Assembly: GCA_020137815.1 (NCBI GenBank)
Contig: CM035359.1
Location: 3,658,001 to 3,722,000 of the forward strand
Source: Hormiphora californensis
Lineage: Eukaryota; Animalia; Ctenophora
Reading direction: 5' to 3'
Length of the DNA: 64,000 nt
A program made the position numbers and the translations under genes. The notes under the pieces were generated by a model that did not search any database, was not told where the DNA came from, and saw only the letters and a program-made list of their open reading frames with translations. This document shows, one piece after another, positions 1 to 12,400 of this stretch. How positions within the stretch are numbered: the first letter of the stretch is position 1; every line of letters begins with the position of its first letter.

Positions 1-3000
1 TAAACTCTAGAAGGGGGTGTAGGATAATGGGGAGAGTAGGCCAACTGCCGTAAAAAGTTAAAGAGTTTGAGACTAGGGGGGAGAGTCAAGAGCTGCGAGA
101 TTTGGTTAACAGGGTATTGACTACTTGGGAACGGGATGACCATCCATTGTGAGCAAATTGGGAGAATAATAAAGGGAGATTTAGGGTTCATCCTGAGGAG
201 TTCAGCCGGGGAGGGAGGGCACCAAGTAGGCCATGATTGTTTGAGGGGGATTGGGCAAGCGCGGGGAAGGCCTTCCTGCAATTGCTCGGGGATGAGAGGG
301 GATTGATTAGACAGGGCGGGGTAGGTAGCCCAGAGTTGTATGAGCAGCTCTCACAACAATTAAATGAATCGTTGTGTTTTAGAAAATGAGAGGGGGGAAA
401 TTAGAAGATGAGAGGGGGAAATTAGAAAATGAGAGGGGGACATTAGAAACAGAGAGGAGGGGACATTAGGGTGTGAAAAAGTTGGAAATTTAATTTTTTG
501 TAAAGCTTAGGGGACATAAATTTGTTTTAAGATAAGGGGGCCTCCAACTCAGCAAATAAAATTAAACGCCAGCGCGATGTCAGACAAGCAAATAAAAGGG
601 GTAACAGGGGAAACTACACATCTAGAGAACAGAGCAGAGACAGAGCTATCTTGAGCTAAGGAGAGGAGAAATAAATTATTTGAGAGGAGGTTTTTTGAGA
701 GGAGTATTTTGATAGAAGTGATGATTATGTGAAGACATGATTATATTTTTCCAGTGCTACGTTATAGAGGTAACCAGATAGGGGAACGGGGTCGCTGGTG
801 GATCTGCCTCTCCCAGTCTTACAAGAAATTGGCACTGAACCTTATACCTTAGAAGACATGGCGGTGACGATCTTAAGCCGGTCGGTTGTTTTTGGCTTCG
901 GGGAGTGGTAGCATCTTTGCAGCTTCATAAAGGGTGTTCATTCAGGGGGAATCTTACAGTGGAAAGTGTGAAGTTCAGAGAAGCCTCAGGGGTCACTAGC
1001 CGACCGTAGTTTTTTCTTATCCTAAATGTGTTAGGGTAATTATTGGGGATCAGGCTGAAAGGTCCAAAATGGTTTGACGGCATTGGCGAGTTTGGGATCA
1101 TCAGGAAGTTTGGGATTCTTCCGTAGAGACCTTCAATAACCTGAGATGGCATATTTCAGGAGACGTCGACGAAAGGCAGAAACAGGGGTCATTGGGGTTA
1201 CACTGTCGGAGGGTTCCATCATGTAGTAGTTCATCGTGTTTGCAGGCTTCAGCGCGAATTAGTTTCAACGGCTGGCGAGGTCATCGAGATGTCAAGGGGG
1301 ATAGACGGGGATCTGGAAGATGGAAGAAATTAATACATGAAGGAGCGCACGAGGTTGGTCTTCATATGAAGGGGTCTTGGCGGACAAATTGACAATGGAC
1401 GTTTTCCGGAGCTAATGAGGATAGGGGATTTTAATAGAGGAGCGAACAAAAAGGCGTGTCAGGAAGGGGAAGAGTCGTGTTACGACGTTCCAGTCAATTA
1501 AAGAGGCCAACGCCAAGTTTTACCGTGGAAAAACGACCTTATGGGGATTGGCATATTGATCATCTCCAGGTTTTTTCAGAGGCCGCCGAGACAATGTTTT
1601 TGTTTCACCAATGTCTCGAAGTGGGGTAATAAAGGGGTAGTAGATGCTGCGCTATCAATTAGGGATCTCTAGAGTCTCGGGGAACTAGGGAGGTACCGTG
1701 AAGGAGGTGTAAGGGGAGTACCATGATGGTATCGGAGAGAAAGGTGGTGGAGGGGTATCAGGGTCCTCGGATAGTGCTGTAATTCTCGAACAGCGTGTAA
1801 AGCTCCTCCTCTTTTTTCATCAAGGGGCTGGAAGATAGAGGTGTATGTAGTAGAGATGTCCTCAGCCGGTGCAGCGACGATAAGGGTGTCAGTAGAGGCA
1901 GACGATGCCACAACAGGAGTAAGGGGACAGGAAGTGTCCATTGATTCCAGAGAAGACGTTGGGGTTGGAGGGATTTCTGGAGACACAAGTATCGGGGAAC
2001 TGGAGAAGTACCGTGGAGAGGTGTATGATAAATACGGGGAAGAATACACGAAGTAGCTCCGGGGGAGGCGGTGTAAGGTGAACATACGGTGGTCTAGTGG
2101 AGACAGATGATGGAGGTGTATGCGGGGAGAGAACCCGCAAATGGGGGTCAATTATTTAGAAAGCCTCAGGTTTGAGTTGCCCTGGGCCGAGTCATCAGTG
2201 TAGTAGGGTTATAAGATGAAGCTCGCAAATAAGGGGGAGGATTCGTCATTTCTGGTTAGTTCAGTCGAGAGAGCATCAAAGTAGTGCTCGTAGACAAGGG
2301 GATTCGGAGCTTTTGTAAGGGGTTAGAGTCGAAGTGTCTTCGGGGTGCATTGAGGTCACCACCTGTCTGATGGGGGTTTGAGGGAACGTGCCAATCAACG
2401 AACACTGCATGGAATTCCTTCTTCACTTCTTCTTCTTCATCGCTTATCGACCCACGACGAAGATCTGCGCAGTAATTCCTCCGAGCACATAATCATTTGT
2501 TATTAAAGCGTTATGGACTGCCGGCGTGCAAATTTGTGTGTTAGTGAGGTAGGAAACGGGGACTTTCGCGAATCAAACGCGACCAAAGCAATACATGATT
2601 CGCGAGTGATTGATTTATTTTGGGGAGAGCCAATTAAATGTTTTGGTGAGTTGTTAGAGACGAGGAAACCCAATCAATCTAAGGAGGGGTAGATATGATT
2701 GATTGAATTGAGTATACTAGGGGAGTTAGTTAATTTTTTGAGTTATTTGTTGAGTAGGTAAGAGAGCCAATCAATCTAAGGAGGGGTATATATGTAGGGC
2801 ACACGAGTTAGGTTCCTCGTGTTCCTACATTGTTTCTCTCTCAGAGTGACTGAGAGTGAGTCGGATGATAGGTATTTGATGATCTTATGATGGTTGAGAG
2901 TGAGTTAGGAGGATACAAATATTTAGGAATTCTTTAGGGGAGAATAGGCATTATTTATTTGTTACAATAGTTATGGAGAGATATTAGAAGAGGAGAATTT

Positions 3001-3977
3001 GGGTCAATGTTTGAGATGAGTAGGAATAGCTAGAAGCCGCGTACAGGGGATTGTGCGACGTGCCGAGAGGAGAAGCTGCCACGTAAGCCTAGGCTGTCGT
3101 GGATCGCGTGATCTGAGAAAGAGGTGACCTGAGAGCGAGGGAGGAGATGAGGGAGTTCTGTTTTGAGGGGATTAGAATATGTTGCTCGGGAGATGGTGGG
3201 GAAACCATCTCTCTTATATATTGGCTTTGCCCGAGTTTTGTGAGTCTCGTAGGGGGAGAAAGAGTTGTTTGAGGGAGTTGAGTTATTTGCAATATGTTGT
3301 ATTATCTATTGTATATATGATTGTAGTTAGGGGCACATTAGTTACAACCTTTTAACCGACCCATTTCAATTAGTACAACTCTACTCGGTGTTCCCCAATA
3401 TTCTCGAGGGGTTCTCTATATTATCTCTTCTTGCCACATTGGCAATTCTCACTCTAGGGGAACACTAGGTACCGGATCGGGGGAACTCCTACTGCCTAGT
3501 TTAGGGTACAAAGTGTCTCCAGCCTCACTTCTAGCCATATTGGCAACTCTCTATAAGTGGGGACACTTAGTATCGGCGATAGGAGCTTCACGTTTGGTTG
3601 GATCGCGGCCAGTCACAAATCCTAAGGATACTGATCGGTGCAAGGTTAGGGGTCTTGTACGCTGCTAGACCAGCAAGGTTTATTGGGCTGGAAACCCCAG
3701 TCCGTAGGTTGTCGAGCACGCTCAAGGGGAGGTCTAGTTACCCTTGTAGCGCCTAGCATTTTACAGTCCGTGCTGACGGCTCGGCTCACCCTACAAGTAC
3801 CTCGAGTCCGCTCCTCCCACCCCTGCCCATCCCCAACCCACCCCACCCCACCCCACCCCGTCCCACCCCAGTGCAGTACCTCGAGTCCGCTCAGATACTT
3901 GTTGATGTATACATAGTAGTAGGAATTTGGGGACCTCCTCCCCACCCCGCCCCATCCCCACCGCACCCCAGCTGTAC

Positions 3978-4137
3978 CTCTAGTCCGCTCAGATACTTGT
4001 TGATGTATACATAGCAGTAGGAATTTGGGGATCGTTGATAAATCACGACATCGTAAACCGTATACGTATCAATAAGGTGAATGTATAAATAGTTATCACC
4101 AGTGTCGCTAACAACGTAGTCTTCTGCACAGTAGATG
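3978..4137 (-). CDS. Internal exon, C-terminal half of an F-type lectin/discoidin-like (FTP, F5/8C) domain
   Basis: Acceptor ctctgcAG at 4139-4138, donor GT at 3977-3976. Translates IYCAEDYVVSDTGDNYLYIHLIDTYTVYDVVIYQRSPNSYCYVYINKYLSGLE, matching the FTP pattern DL..Y.V..V.IYNR....L.G.EV. Phase matches the exon at 4289-4404. Confidence 0.6.
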
Positions 4138-4288
4138 CTGCAGAGTAAACAGTATTTGAAATCTCTGTTTTTGTACCATAGTACAGTGGTACAGGGTACA
4201 CCACTAAATGTCGGTTGTTAAAATCACGCTATTTCGAAAACTAACTTCTTTTTCCGCAAACTAATGACACAGTAATTACAGTAATTAC

Positions 4289-4404
4289 CCTATATCTGTG
4301 TCTATCTCCCCGGATTTCTCCCCGTCCACAACCGAGTATGCTCTTCCTTGGACGTTTTGGGTTGACGAGGTAACGGGCCTGTATAGTGACACCTGATCTG
4401 CACC
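4289..4404 (-). CDS. Internal exon, N-terminal half of an F-type lectin/discoidin-like domain
   Basis: ctttAG acceptor and GTAATT donor at 4288. Translates ADQVSLYRPVTSSTQNVQGRAYSVVDGEKSGEIDTDIG, resembling the FTP start NVALGKPxxQSST...A..AVDG. Confidence 0.55.
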
Positions 4405-4582
4405 TAAAGAGGTAACGGGCCTGTATAGTGACACCTGATCTGCACCTAAAGAGGTAACGGGCCTGTATAGTGACACCTGATCTGCACCTAAAGAGGTAAC
4501 GGGCCTGTGTAGTGACACCTGATCTGCACCTAAAGAGGTAACGGGCCTGTATAGTGACACCTGATCTGCACCTAAAGAGGTA
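4367..4582. repeat. 42-bp tandem repeat, about 5 near-identical copies
   Basis: Unit GAGGTAACGGGCCTGTATAGTGACACCTGATCTGCACCTAAA starting at 4367, 4409, 4451, 4493, 4535. Confidence 0.97.
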
Positions 4583-4746
4583 GAACTACCAGGAAAATAG
4601 TATGGGGGGTTCAACCCTAAAAATTTCGATCGATGCCCACTTTTTTGGTAAATCGAAATTTTATTTTCGAAATTTTTCGAAAATCTTCGAAATTTTTCGA
4701 AATTTTTCGAAATTTTTTGAAATCTTCCGAAATTTTTCGAGGTTGA

Positions 4747-4948
4747 TAGGGATCCCTAAAAAAGTTCAGTATTTACACAGCGTTTACACCAGAGCGCTGT
4801 GATTGGCTGAAATTTCTGACGATGGAAAATTTAAGCCAATCACAGCGCAGATTTCAAAATTTTTCTTCCCACGCTACCGTGGGAAAAACTGAAATGGCTT
4901 AACTGGTGTAAACGCTGTGTAAATACTGAACTTTTTTAGGGATCCCTA
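4747..4948. mobile_element. MITE with ~45-bp TIRs, TA-flanked, inside (TTTTCGAAA)-rich repeats
   Basis: TAGGGATCCCTAAAAAAGTTCAGTATTTACACAGCGTTTACACCAG at the left and its reverse complement at 4904-4948. Internal GCGCTGTGATTGGCT...AGCCAATCACAGCGC hairpin. Confidence 0.8.
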
Positions 4949-5065
4949 TGGAAATCAAAATTTTCGAATTTTTTCGAAATTTTTCGAAACTTCGAAATTT
5001 TTCGAAACTAGAAAGCCCATTGTTAAGTCCTACTGCTGCAACAGCCCCCCCCACCCGTCTCTTAT

Positions 5066-5409
5066 TTGGTAACATAGACACCTGGCGCGACCGCGACCCC
5101 TGCACACGGGTCGCGCCAGGTGTCTATAGTCGAATTTTTTAATCAAGGGACAGGGGGCCGCGCATTTACAAAGTCTTTTTGCGCGTGCTAAATGTTTTCA
5201 CTCATATCTCCTCTTCCTGATAAGATAAAGACTCGATCTTGGTTGCGTTGAAAAGGTCTTAAAATTATCTTTCTAACGCTTCCGGGTTCAAGTCTTAAGA
5301 TTGCCAGGAACCTGATCTCGATTATCACGCGCAAATACAAAGCCGCGCGACCCCTCTGAACGCGCGGCCCCCTGTCCCTTGATTAAAAAATTCGACTATA
5401 TGTTACCAA
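5066..5409. mobile_element. Small palindromic MITE with a second TIR MITE (5125-5400) nested at a TA
   Basis: Outer arms TTGGTAACATAGACACCTGGCGCGACC...GGTCGCGCCAGGTGTCTA/TGTTACCAA. Inner TIR TATAGTCGAATTTTTTAATCAAGGG..GGGGGCCGCGC with its reverse complement ending at 5400. Confidence 0.8.
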
Positions 5410-6289
5410 GTCTCGTATATGTCTCTCTCCCCTCTTACTCTTCGTCTCTCCATGTCGGGGTAAAGATTACGGAGGTTGGTAGTGGTAGAGCGCTGGTGAT
5501 AAACATCAAGGGTAATCCCGCTGAATAACATGTAGAATCAGATGATAAAGATTCGTAGAATTGTAACTTTGTAGAGAATCAACGGGGTAGAAAGGCTTTG
5601 GCAATCATGGGGGCCCCAGCAGTAGATTCCAAAACACCACAGGAACAGTGAACACCACAGGAACACGCAACAAACAACCAACAACATGCATGTGCAGTAT
5701 CCCCCCAAAACTTCCTATACCCCTCCCAGGGCACCTCCTTGGTGATGCCATCACCTCTCAGCCCGCTTCGCGGGCTTCGTTTTCGCGCGCTACGCGCGCG
5801 AGTTGTAAGGGTGACTGCGTCACCAAGGCACCTCCTTGACAACCCCCCCCCCTATTTGCACGTGATGATACTCCATCATACTCATCATCACGACCTGCAC
5901 CCATTGGGTGCGCCTCAAGTAAGGGCGTTTTGATAACCCACCCTTCCGCTGTACCCATCTGCACGTGCAGTATCAACCAACCCGCCCCTAACGACGGTTG
6001 CTAGCGACATCTCCAAATTATAATAGAGATTGATGGTAAATCGAAATTTTTCGAAACTTTTCGAAACTTTTCGAAACTGATGGCAATTCGCAATTTTTGA
6101 AATTGTTGGTAAATCGAAACTTTTCGAAACTTGACGAAATTAATCGAAATTTTTCGAAATTTTTCGAAAATTGTTGACCTAAAAGTTTCGAAAAAATTCG
6201 AAAAATTTCGAAAAAAGTTCGATCGAGACCTGAGTTGGAAAAAGATAGATCGAGCGCCTAGAAGAGCTATCTATGCTAGCGCTAGCTAT

Positions 6290-6317
6290 AGAGTACGAGA
6301 GAGAGAGCAGAGAGGAG

Positions 6318-6359
<42 letters not shown>

Positions 6360-6363
6360 AAGA

Positions 6364-6449
<86 letters not shown>

Positions 6450-6672
6450 TAGAGGAGAGAAGAAGAGAGAGAGAGACGAGAGAGAGAGAGAGATAGTAGA
6501 AGAGGAGACTAGAGGAGAGCAGAGAGGATATATATCGAGAGAGAGTCGACGAGCGCAGAGCGCGAGAGACGATAGCTATCGTAGCCTAGAGATAGCTCTG
6601 CTATACTCTCTCCGATAGCTACTCTGCTCTCTCTCTCGCTCTAGCGTAGATGGATCTGCTCTCGTCTTCTCG

Positions 6673-6730
<58 letters not shown>

Positions 6731-6798
6731 AAAAATTTCGAAAAATTTCGATCGATACCCTGATTTTGGCAAATCTCTCTCTCTCTCTCTCTCTCTCT
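6290..6798. repeat. (GA)n/(CT)n microsatellite block
   Basis: Long degenerate GA run then CT runs; source of spurious ER-repeat ORFs. Confidence 0.95.
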
Positions 6799-8050
6799 TA
6801 GCAAATGGATCAAATGTTGACACACTATACATTGACATGAGCAAGGCTTATGATAAAGTCAGTCATAGACGACTATTAGAGAAACTAAGAGCTGCTGGAA
6901 TTGATGGCCAACTCTTAAACTGGATTGAACAATTCCTGACTGGGCGGACGCAAACAGTCATTGTTGAGGGTACTAAGTCTTACCCAACTGCTGTCCTCTC
7001 AGGTGTGCCCCAAGGCACAGTGCTAGCAAGCCTGTTATTCTTGGTTTATATGAATGATCTACCTGCGTTCATCAAACACTGTAAAGTTAAGATGTTTGTG
7101 GACGATGCAAAACTTCAGAAACCAATTAATACCCAAGAAGACCGTGATCTTCTCCTTGACGATCTCCATAATGTTAAAGAATGGGCAAATGTCAACCAAA
7201 TGGAGCTTAATGAGGAAAAATTCCAACTCCTACAACACGGTGCAAATGGAGAACTTAAACAGCCCTATGATACTGAAAACGGTATTAAAATCTCTGGAGA
7301 CGATACTGTCCGAGACTTGGGCGTACTGATTGATCCGGGTCTATCGTGGAAAGCTCACATAGCCGAGATCACTCGCAAAGCAAGCACCATGGCATCATGG
7401 ATCCTGAGAACTTTCAGGACCCGAGAAAAAGGCCACCTGCTACAGCTTTACAAAGCCTATGTACTGCCACATCTGGAGTACTGTTCGGCCCTGTGGTGCC
7501 CTTATGAGATTGGACAGATTGAGAAAATCGAAGCTGTGCAAAGATCATTCACCGCCCAAATACATGGGTGTAAGGAAATGGGCTATTGGGAAAGACTGGC
7601 TCACCTCGATCTCTACTCTCTCCAGAGACGACGAGAACGATTCAAAATTCTGGCTATATGGAAAATCCAGAATGGTTTAGTACCCAACCACTACAATATT
7701 GTGTTTCGTAACTCCCTGAGACATGGGCCAACGGCTGAGAGACCCATTGGCAAGTCTTCACGCAAAGGGGTGAACACAGCAATCTTTAATGGATTCACCT
7801 CCTCTGCCATAGGACTGTATAACTCGATACCATCACCGGTAAAGAATATGGAAACCTTTGAAGGAGCAAAATCCGCTCTAGATAAACATCTATCTAGAAT
7901 ACCTGACCAGCCCCCAACGAAGGGGTATCCCCGCCAGAATAATAACGGCATACTGGATTGGTCCAATGGCTCGTATACGAAATACAGTGACCAAGCGGAG
8001 TAACTTCTACTCTCCGCTGAACTCCTCCGAGGTACTACGAGGTAAGAGTA
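6799..8050 (+). mobile_element. 5'-truncated CR1/L2-group LINE, RT C-terminal part (ORF to 8003)
   Basis: VDTLYIDMSKAYDKVSH, SGVPQGTVLASLLFLVYMNDL, FVDD, RDLGV, PHLEYC..W.P, SLQRRRER and C-terminal LYNSIP motifs. Short GAGGTA-type repeats at the 3' end. Confidence 0.93.
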
Positions 8051-8246
8051 ATCTCTCTCGCTCGAGAGTAGAGCGGATCTCTGCAGATAGAGTAGAGCGA
8101 TTGAGAGAGAGAGCTCGAGATAGATAGAGCTCGTAGATAGATAGGAAGAGAGAGAGAGCGCAGCATCTCTCGTCTGAGAGAGAGCAGACGCTCTCTCTCT
8201 CTGCTCTCAGAGCTCTCTCTCTCGCATCTCGCTATTCTCTCTCTCT

Positions 8247-8314
<68 letters not shown>

Positions 8315-8393
8315 TGGGCGAACGGATCTTGATATGCTACTTCTCTGGTGTATCACCCGTCGTGTAACGATCATACCATGGTAACGATCATAC

Positions 8394-8456
8394 CTTGTGT
8401 ATAATTCAGCTGCACGTCTGTCCCTGTCTGTGTAGCGGAGGTGCAGGATGGCCATT
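8394..8456 (-). CDS. Short putative internal exon (phase 1-1) of the minus-strand gene
   Basis: ctttcAG acceptor, GTATGA donor, 63 bp open frame (E)WPSCTSATQTGTDVQLNYTQ, phase compatible with exon 8802-9065. Confidence 0.4.
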
Positions 8457-8518
8457 CTGAAAGATTATTGTGTCATTGGATTATTAACTCAACATAGTAA
8501 TGAGTTGCAATGTATAGT

Positions 8519-8797
8519 GGCACCCTAGTTGAAAACAGTTTGTAATGAGGCAATGGCACCCTAGTTGAAAACAGTTTGTAATGAGCTGCAATGGCACCCT
8601 AGTTGAAAACAGTTTGTAATGAGCTGCAATGGCACCCTAGTTGAAAACAGTTTGTAATGAGCTGCAATGGCACCCTAGTTGAAAACAGTTTGTAATGAGC
8701 TGCAATGGCACCCTAGTTGAAAACAGTTTGTAATGAGGCAATGGCACCCTAGTTGAAAACAGTTTTTAATGAGGCAATGGCACCCTAGTTGAAAACA
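8519..8797. repeat. 36-38-bp intronic minisatellite, about 7.5 copies
   Basis: Unit GGCACCCTAGTTGAAAACAGTTTGTAATGAG(CT)GCAAT repeated without spacers. Confidence 0.95.
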
Positions 8798-8801
8798 TTA
8801 C

Positions 8802-9065
8802 CAGTTTTAAAGTATCCGGCTGCGTTGGAAGTATAGTAACTTTCATATGCTACGTTGACTTTGTACACTTGGTCTAGTGTTGATACATCTAGCGAGACGA
8901 GTGATGTTTCACCACATGTCACTTCAACAGTAGTTTGGTAATACACCAGCGTCATTGACACAGCTGATGAATTGGTTATAGTACATGTCACTCCATCGTT
9001 TGTGACTCTACTGTTTGTGTTACTTGTATAATCATAACTTTTCAGTACAAAATTCGAGTACCCGT
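8802..9065 (-). CDS. Putative internal exon (264 bp, phase 1-1) of an extracellular beta-rich protein
   Basis: Inside ORF 8785-9120. ccattcAG acceptor and GTAATG donor. T/S/V/Y-rich with C..I....C spacing similar to exon 28278-28548. Confidence 0.5.
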
Positions 9066-9124
9066 CTGAATGGAGTGAAGAGGTTACAAAATAATACATC
9101 AGAGAGGTTACAATATACAATATG

Positions 9125-9379
9125 GCACCCCCCCAAAATATTATGGCTATTTTTTTTTTTTTTTTTCTTTTTTTTTTTCCCTAAACCCCCTTTTTTTCAT
9201 TTTTTTTTTTTCTCTCCCCTTTTTTTTTTCCCCTAAACCCCTGGGCTTTAATCTCCCCCCAAAAAAGGGGGGGCTCCCTTTTTTTTTTTTTCTCCCGGTT
9301 TTTTTTTTTCCCCTCTTTTTTTTTCTATCTCTTTTTTTAATTTTTAATTTTTTTGCCCGGGGGCCCCGAAACGGGGAAA

Positions 9380-9475
<96 letters not shown>

Positions 9476-12400
9476 ATATGACCTTGTTAAACCCGCCACA
9501 ATCCCAAAAAGGACGTTTATTGGGGTTTATCCCTAGTAAAAACCGCCTGGTACAATCAGCCCCGAGATTTTCCCAGGTAACTCAAGTAATATACCCAATG
9601 AAAATGCAACAATGAAAAATTTGTTACCCCCCAAACCAAATAAAATTAGCTGAATTTCACCTAGGAAAATTCATCAATATCCCCCCTATTAAAAAGGGGT
9701 TTGGTAAAGGCCCAAATGACTTTCAGTCTTTAATCATGCCGCAAAACCCATCCCTTGTGACCCATAAGGGGGGGCCCCCATTTAAAAAATTTTAGTTTAA
9801 AGGGGGCAGAAAAAAATTCCCCCCGGAAAAATCGCCCTACCAGCAGCCCCGACCTTGCCCTTTAAATCCTAGTGCATTTGATTGGTTTTGTTTATTACAA
9901 ATAAAAAAATTGCCACCCCAAAATGCATTTTCAAAGGGGCTTTTACCCCTCTTCACAGCTGTTTTAAATTGGCGTTTATACATGTCCACCCGGTTTGTGC
10001 CTAGGTTTAAATTTTTCCCTTTCTTTATTTCGAAAAAAAGGGTATGTTGGGGGATTTTTTAAAAAATCATTCGAGGGTTTTAAATTTATGGCCCCCCCCC
10101 AAGGGGGAAATTGGGGGGGGCCGGAAGAGGGCCCCAACCATTTTAGTTTTTAAAAAAATACAAAGAAAACGCATTAGGGTAAAAAATGTGGTCCCTTAAG
10201 TCGTTTTTCTTTTTTTTTTCCCCGGATTTAAAAAATTTTTGGCCGGTTTTCCCCACTAAAAATTAAAACGGTATTTCACTTTAATTTCCCCTAATTTTTT
10301 ATATTAAAAGGTTAAAAAAGGTGGTTAAAGAATTGCTAGTTTTAACTTTTCAAGACATGACTTTTCAATCAGGGGGGGGGTTGGGAAAAGTCTAAATAAA
10401 AGTAGCCATATCCCCCGGCGAAAAATTCCGGACATTTCCTTCAAAATTTTAAACTTTCTCCTCCTAAAAACTAATCGTTCGGTCCGTTAATAAGTGCAAT
10501 GTTAAAAAATCAAGGATCGAAAATGGGGTTAACTTCCTCCCATGTCTTCGTGGGTTTCCCATGGTGCCATTTAAAGTTTTGTTTCCTGGTCTTTCTGACT
10601 TCTTTTCCCGCAAACGAACGAGGGGGGGTTTTCTTTTTTAGATTCCCCCGAAAGGTTCCCGAATCAAAATTGGCACTCCAAATCCGCAGCCCCCAATGAG
10701 TATCCAAACAATTGAAAAACTACAAAAAAGAGGTAAAAAAAATAATTAATCTCAATAGGGAAAACTCCCCAAAAAATTGGCCCCCCTTTTTTCCCTTGGG
10801 TTTCCCGCTGATTGGAAACTTATTTCGGGAACGGGTAACGGGGAAAAGGGGGGGGGATAACTGGTTTTTCCTTAATTTAAAGCAAATTTTACTGAAAAAG
10901 GGTTGAAAATGGTAAGAAAAACGATATATGGTTTTATTAAGCAAATGAAAAAGGAAACTTTTAAACAACTACCCCGGGGAAGAATGGAATTTATTTTTTC
11001 AAAGGAACTCTTTAAACGATCGAAAGTATGTGTATTTGAGGGGGTTAACTTAAAACCCAAACTTCTTTGGGAAAAGGACAATTAATTCGTAAAAGGGTAC
11101 ATTGTTCCCTTAAAATTTTTTTTTACCTGTTCCGTTTGTTTTGGGGACTTCAGCCATAAAATCCAGTCTTCTTCTTCCCCTAAAAATTAGTAAAAACCCC
11201 CAACCCCCCCCTGTTTAGAAAAATGTCCAAAACGTTTTTGGAAAAAAAAATTTTAAATGGTCAAGGTTTCCTTTCTCCCTCCCCCTTAACTCTGCTAGGG
11301 GGAAATTTTAAAAAAAAATTTTCCCTTTCCCCAAATCTTCCTTTCTTCTTTAAAATTTTAAAATGAAATATGCTTGCCGTCTAAAAAATTTTCAAGTTCT
11401 ATTTCAAAAAAATTTTAAAAAAAAAATCTTCATTTGGAATTTTAAGGAAAAGGAAAATATAAGGTTTTTAAAAAAAAAACCCCCCTTTTGAAAAAACCAA
11501 ACGGGGAAAAGGAAACCTTTTCCCACAAATTTGGGTTTGAAGGGTTGGGGTTTTAAAAGGGAAAAAAAGAAAAATTAAACCCCTTTTTCAAAAAAAATTT
11601 TTTTTCCCCCCCGGTTGTTTAGAAAAGGAAATTTTTTTGGGAAACATGGTTTATTTATTTTTTTTTTTCCACCCTTTTTTTGGGGGGGGGGCCCCCCCAA
11701 AAAAAAGGGAAAATTCAAAAAAAAAGGAAAAATTTCCAATCCCCTTTTAAATTTTTTTTTAATTTTTTTTAAAAATTTTTTTTTAAAAAAACTTAAAGCG
11801 GGTATAAATTACCGGTTTCGCAAAAATTAGGAATAGCGTTTTAAATCGTTAAAGCCTTTAGCCCCTATTAATAGCGTAATTAAGAAAGCGCTTTAATTTA
11901 CCAAAAAAAAAGCCTTTTTTTGCGCTAATTAGCGCAAAAATTAGGTAAAAAAGCGTTTTAATAATTTAAGCGCTTTTTTTAGCGTTTTTTGGCAAAAAAA
12001 GAATGGGGGGAAAATTTTTCTAAAAAAAATTTTTAGCGCTTTTTTAAAAAAAGCGCTAATAGCGCTAATTAGCGCTAATTAGCGCATTTTCCAATTTAAA
12101 TTTTGCGAACCGCTTTTGCGCTATTTAATTTTCATAAAATATGGGAAACGCTAATTGGTAATTTATTAGGAAAAAACCGCTTTAAAAAAGCGCAAATAGC
12201 GCTTTTTTTCGAAATTGCGAAATTAGCGCTATTAGCGCTAATTAGCGCAAACGGTTTTTCAAATAAAATGCGCAAATTTAACGCTTATTGCGCTATTAAT
12301 AAAATAGTTAAAGTATAATTTGATAATAGGCTAATTCCCCTTTTAGCGCAAAATAAAGGGAAAAAAGCGCTAATTAGCGAAATTAGCGCTAATTAGCGCA

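Noticed and set aside
8519-8797. CRISPR-like 36-38-bp repeats (also 4367-4582 and 42985-43431)
   Set aside because: Units are contiguous with no unique spacers, no cas genes, eukaryotic intronic context: minisatellites.
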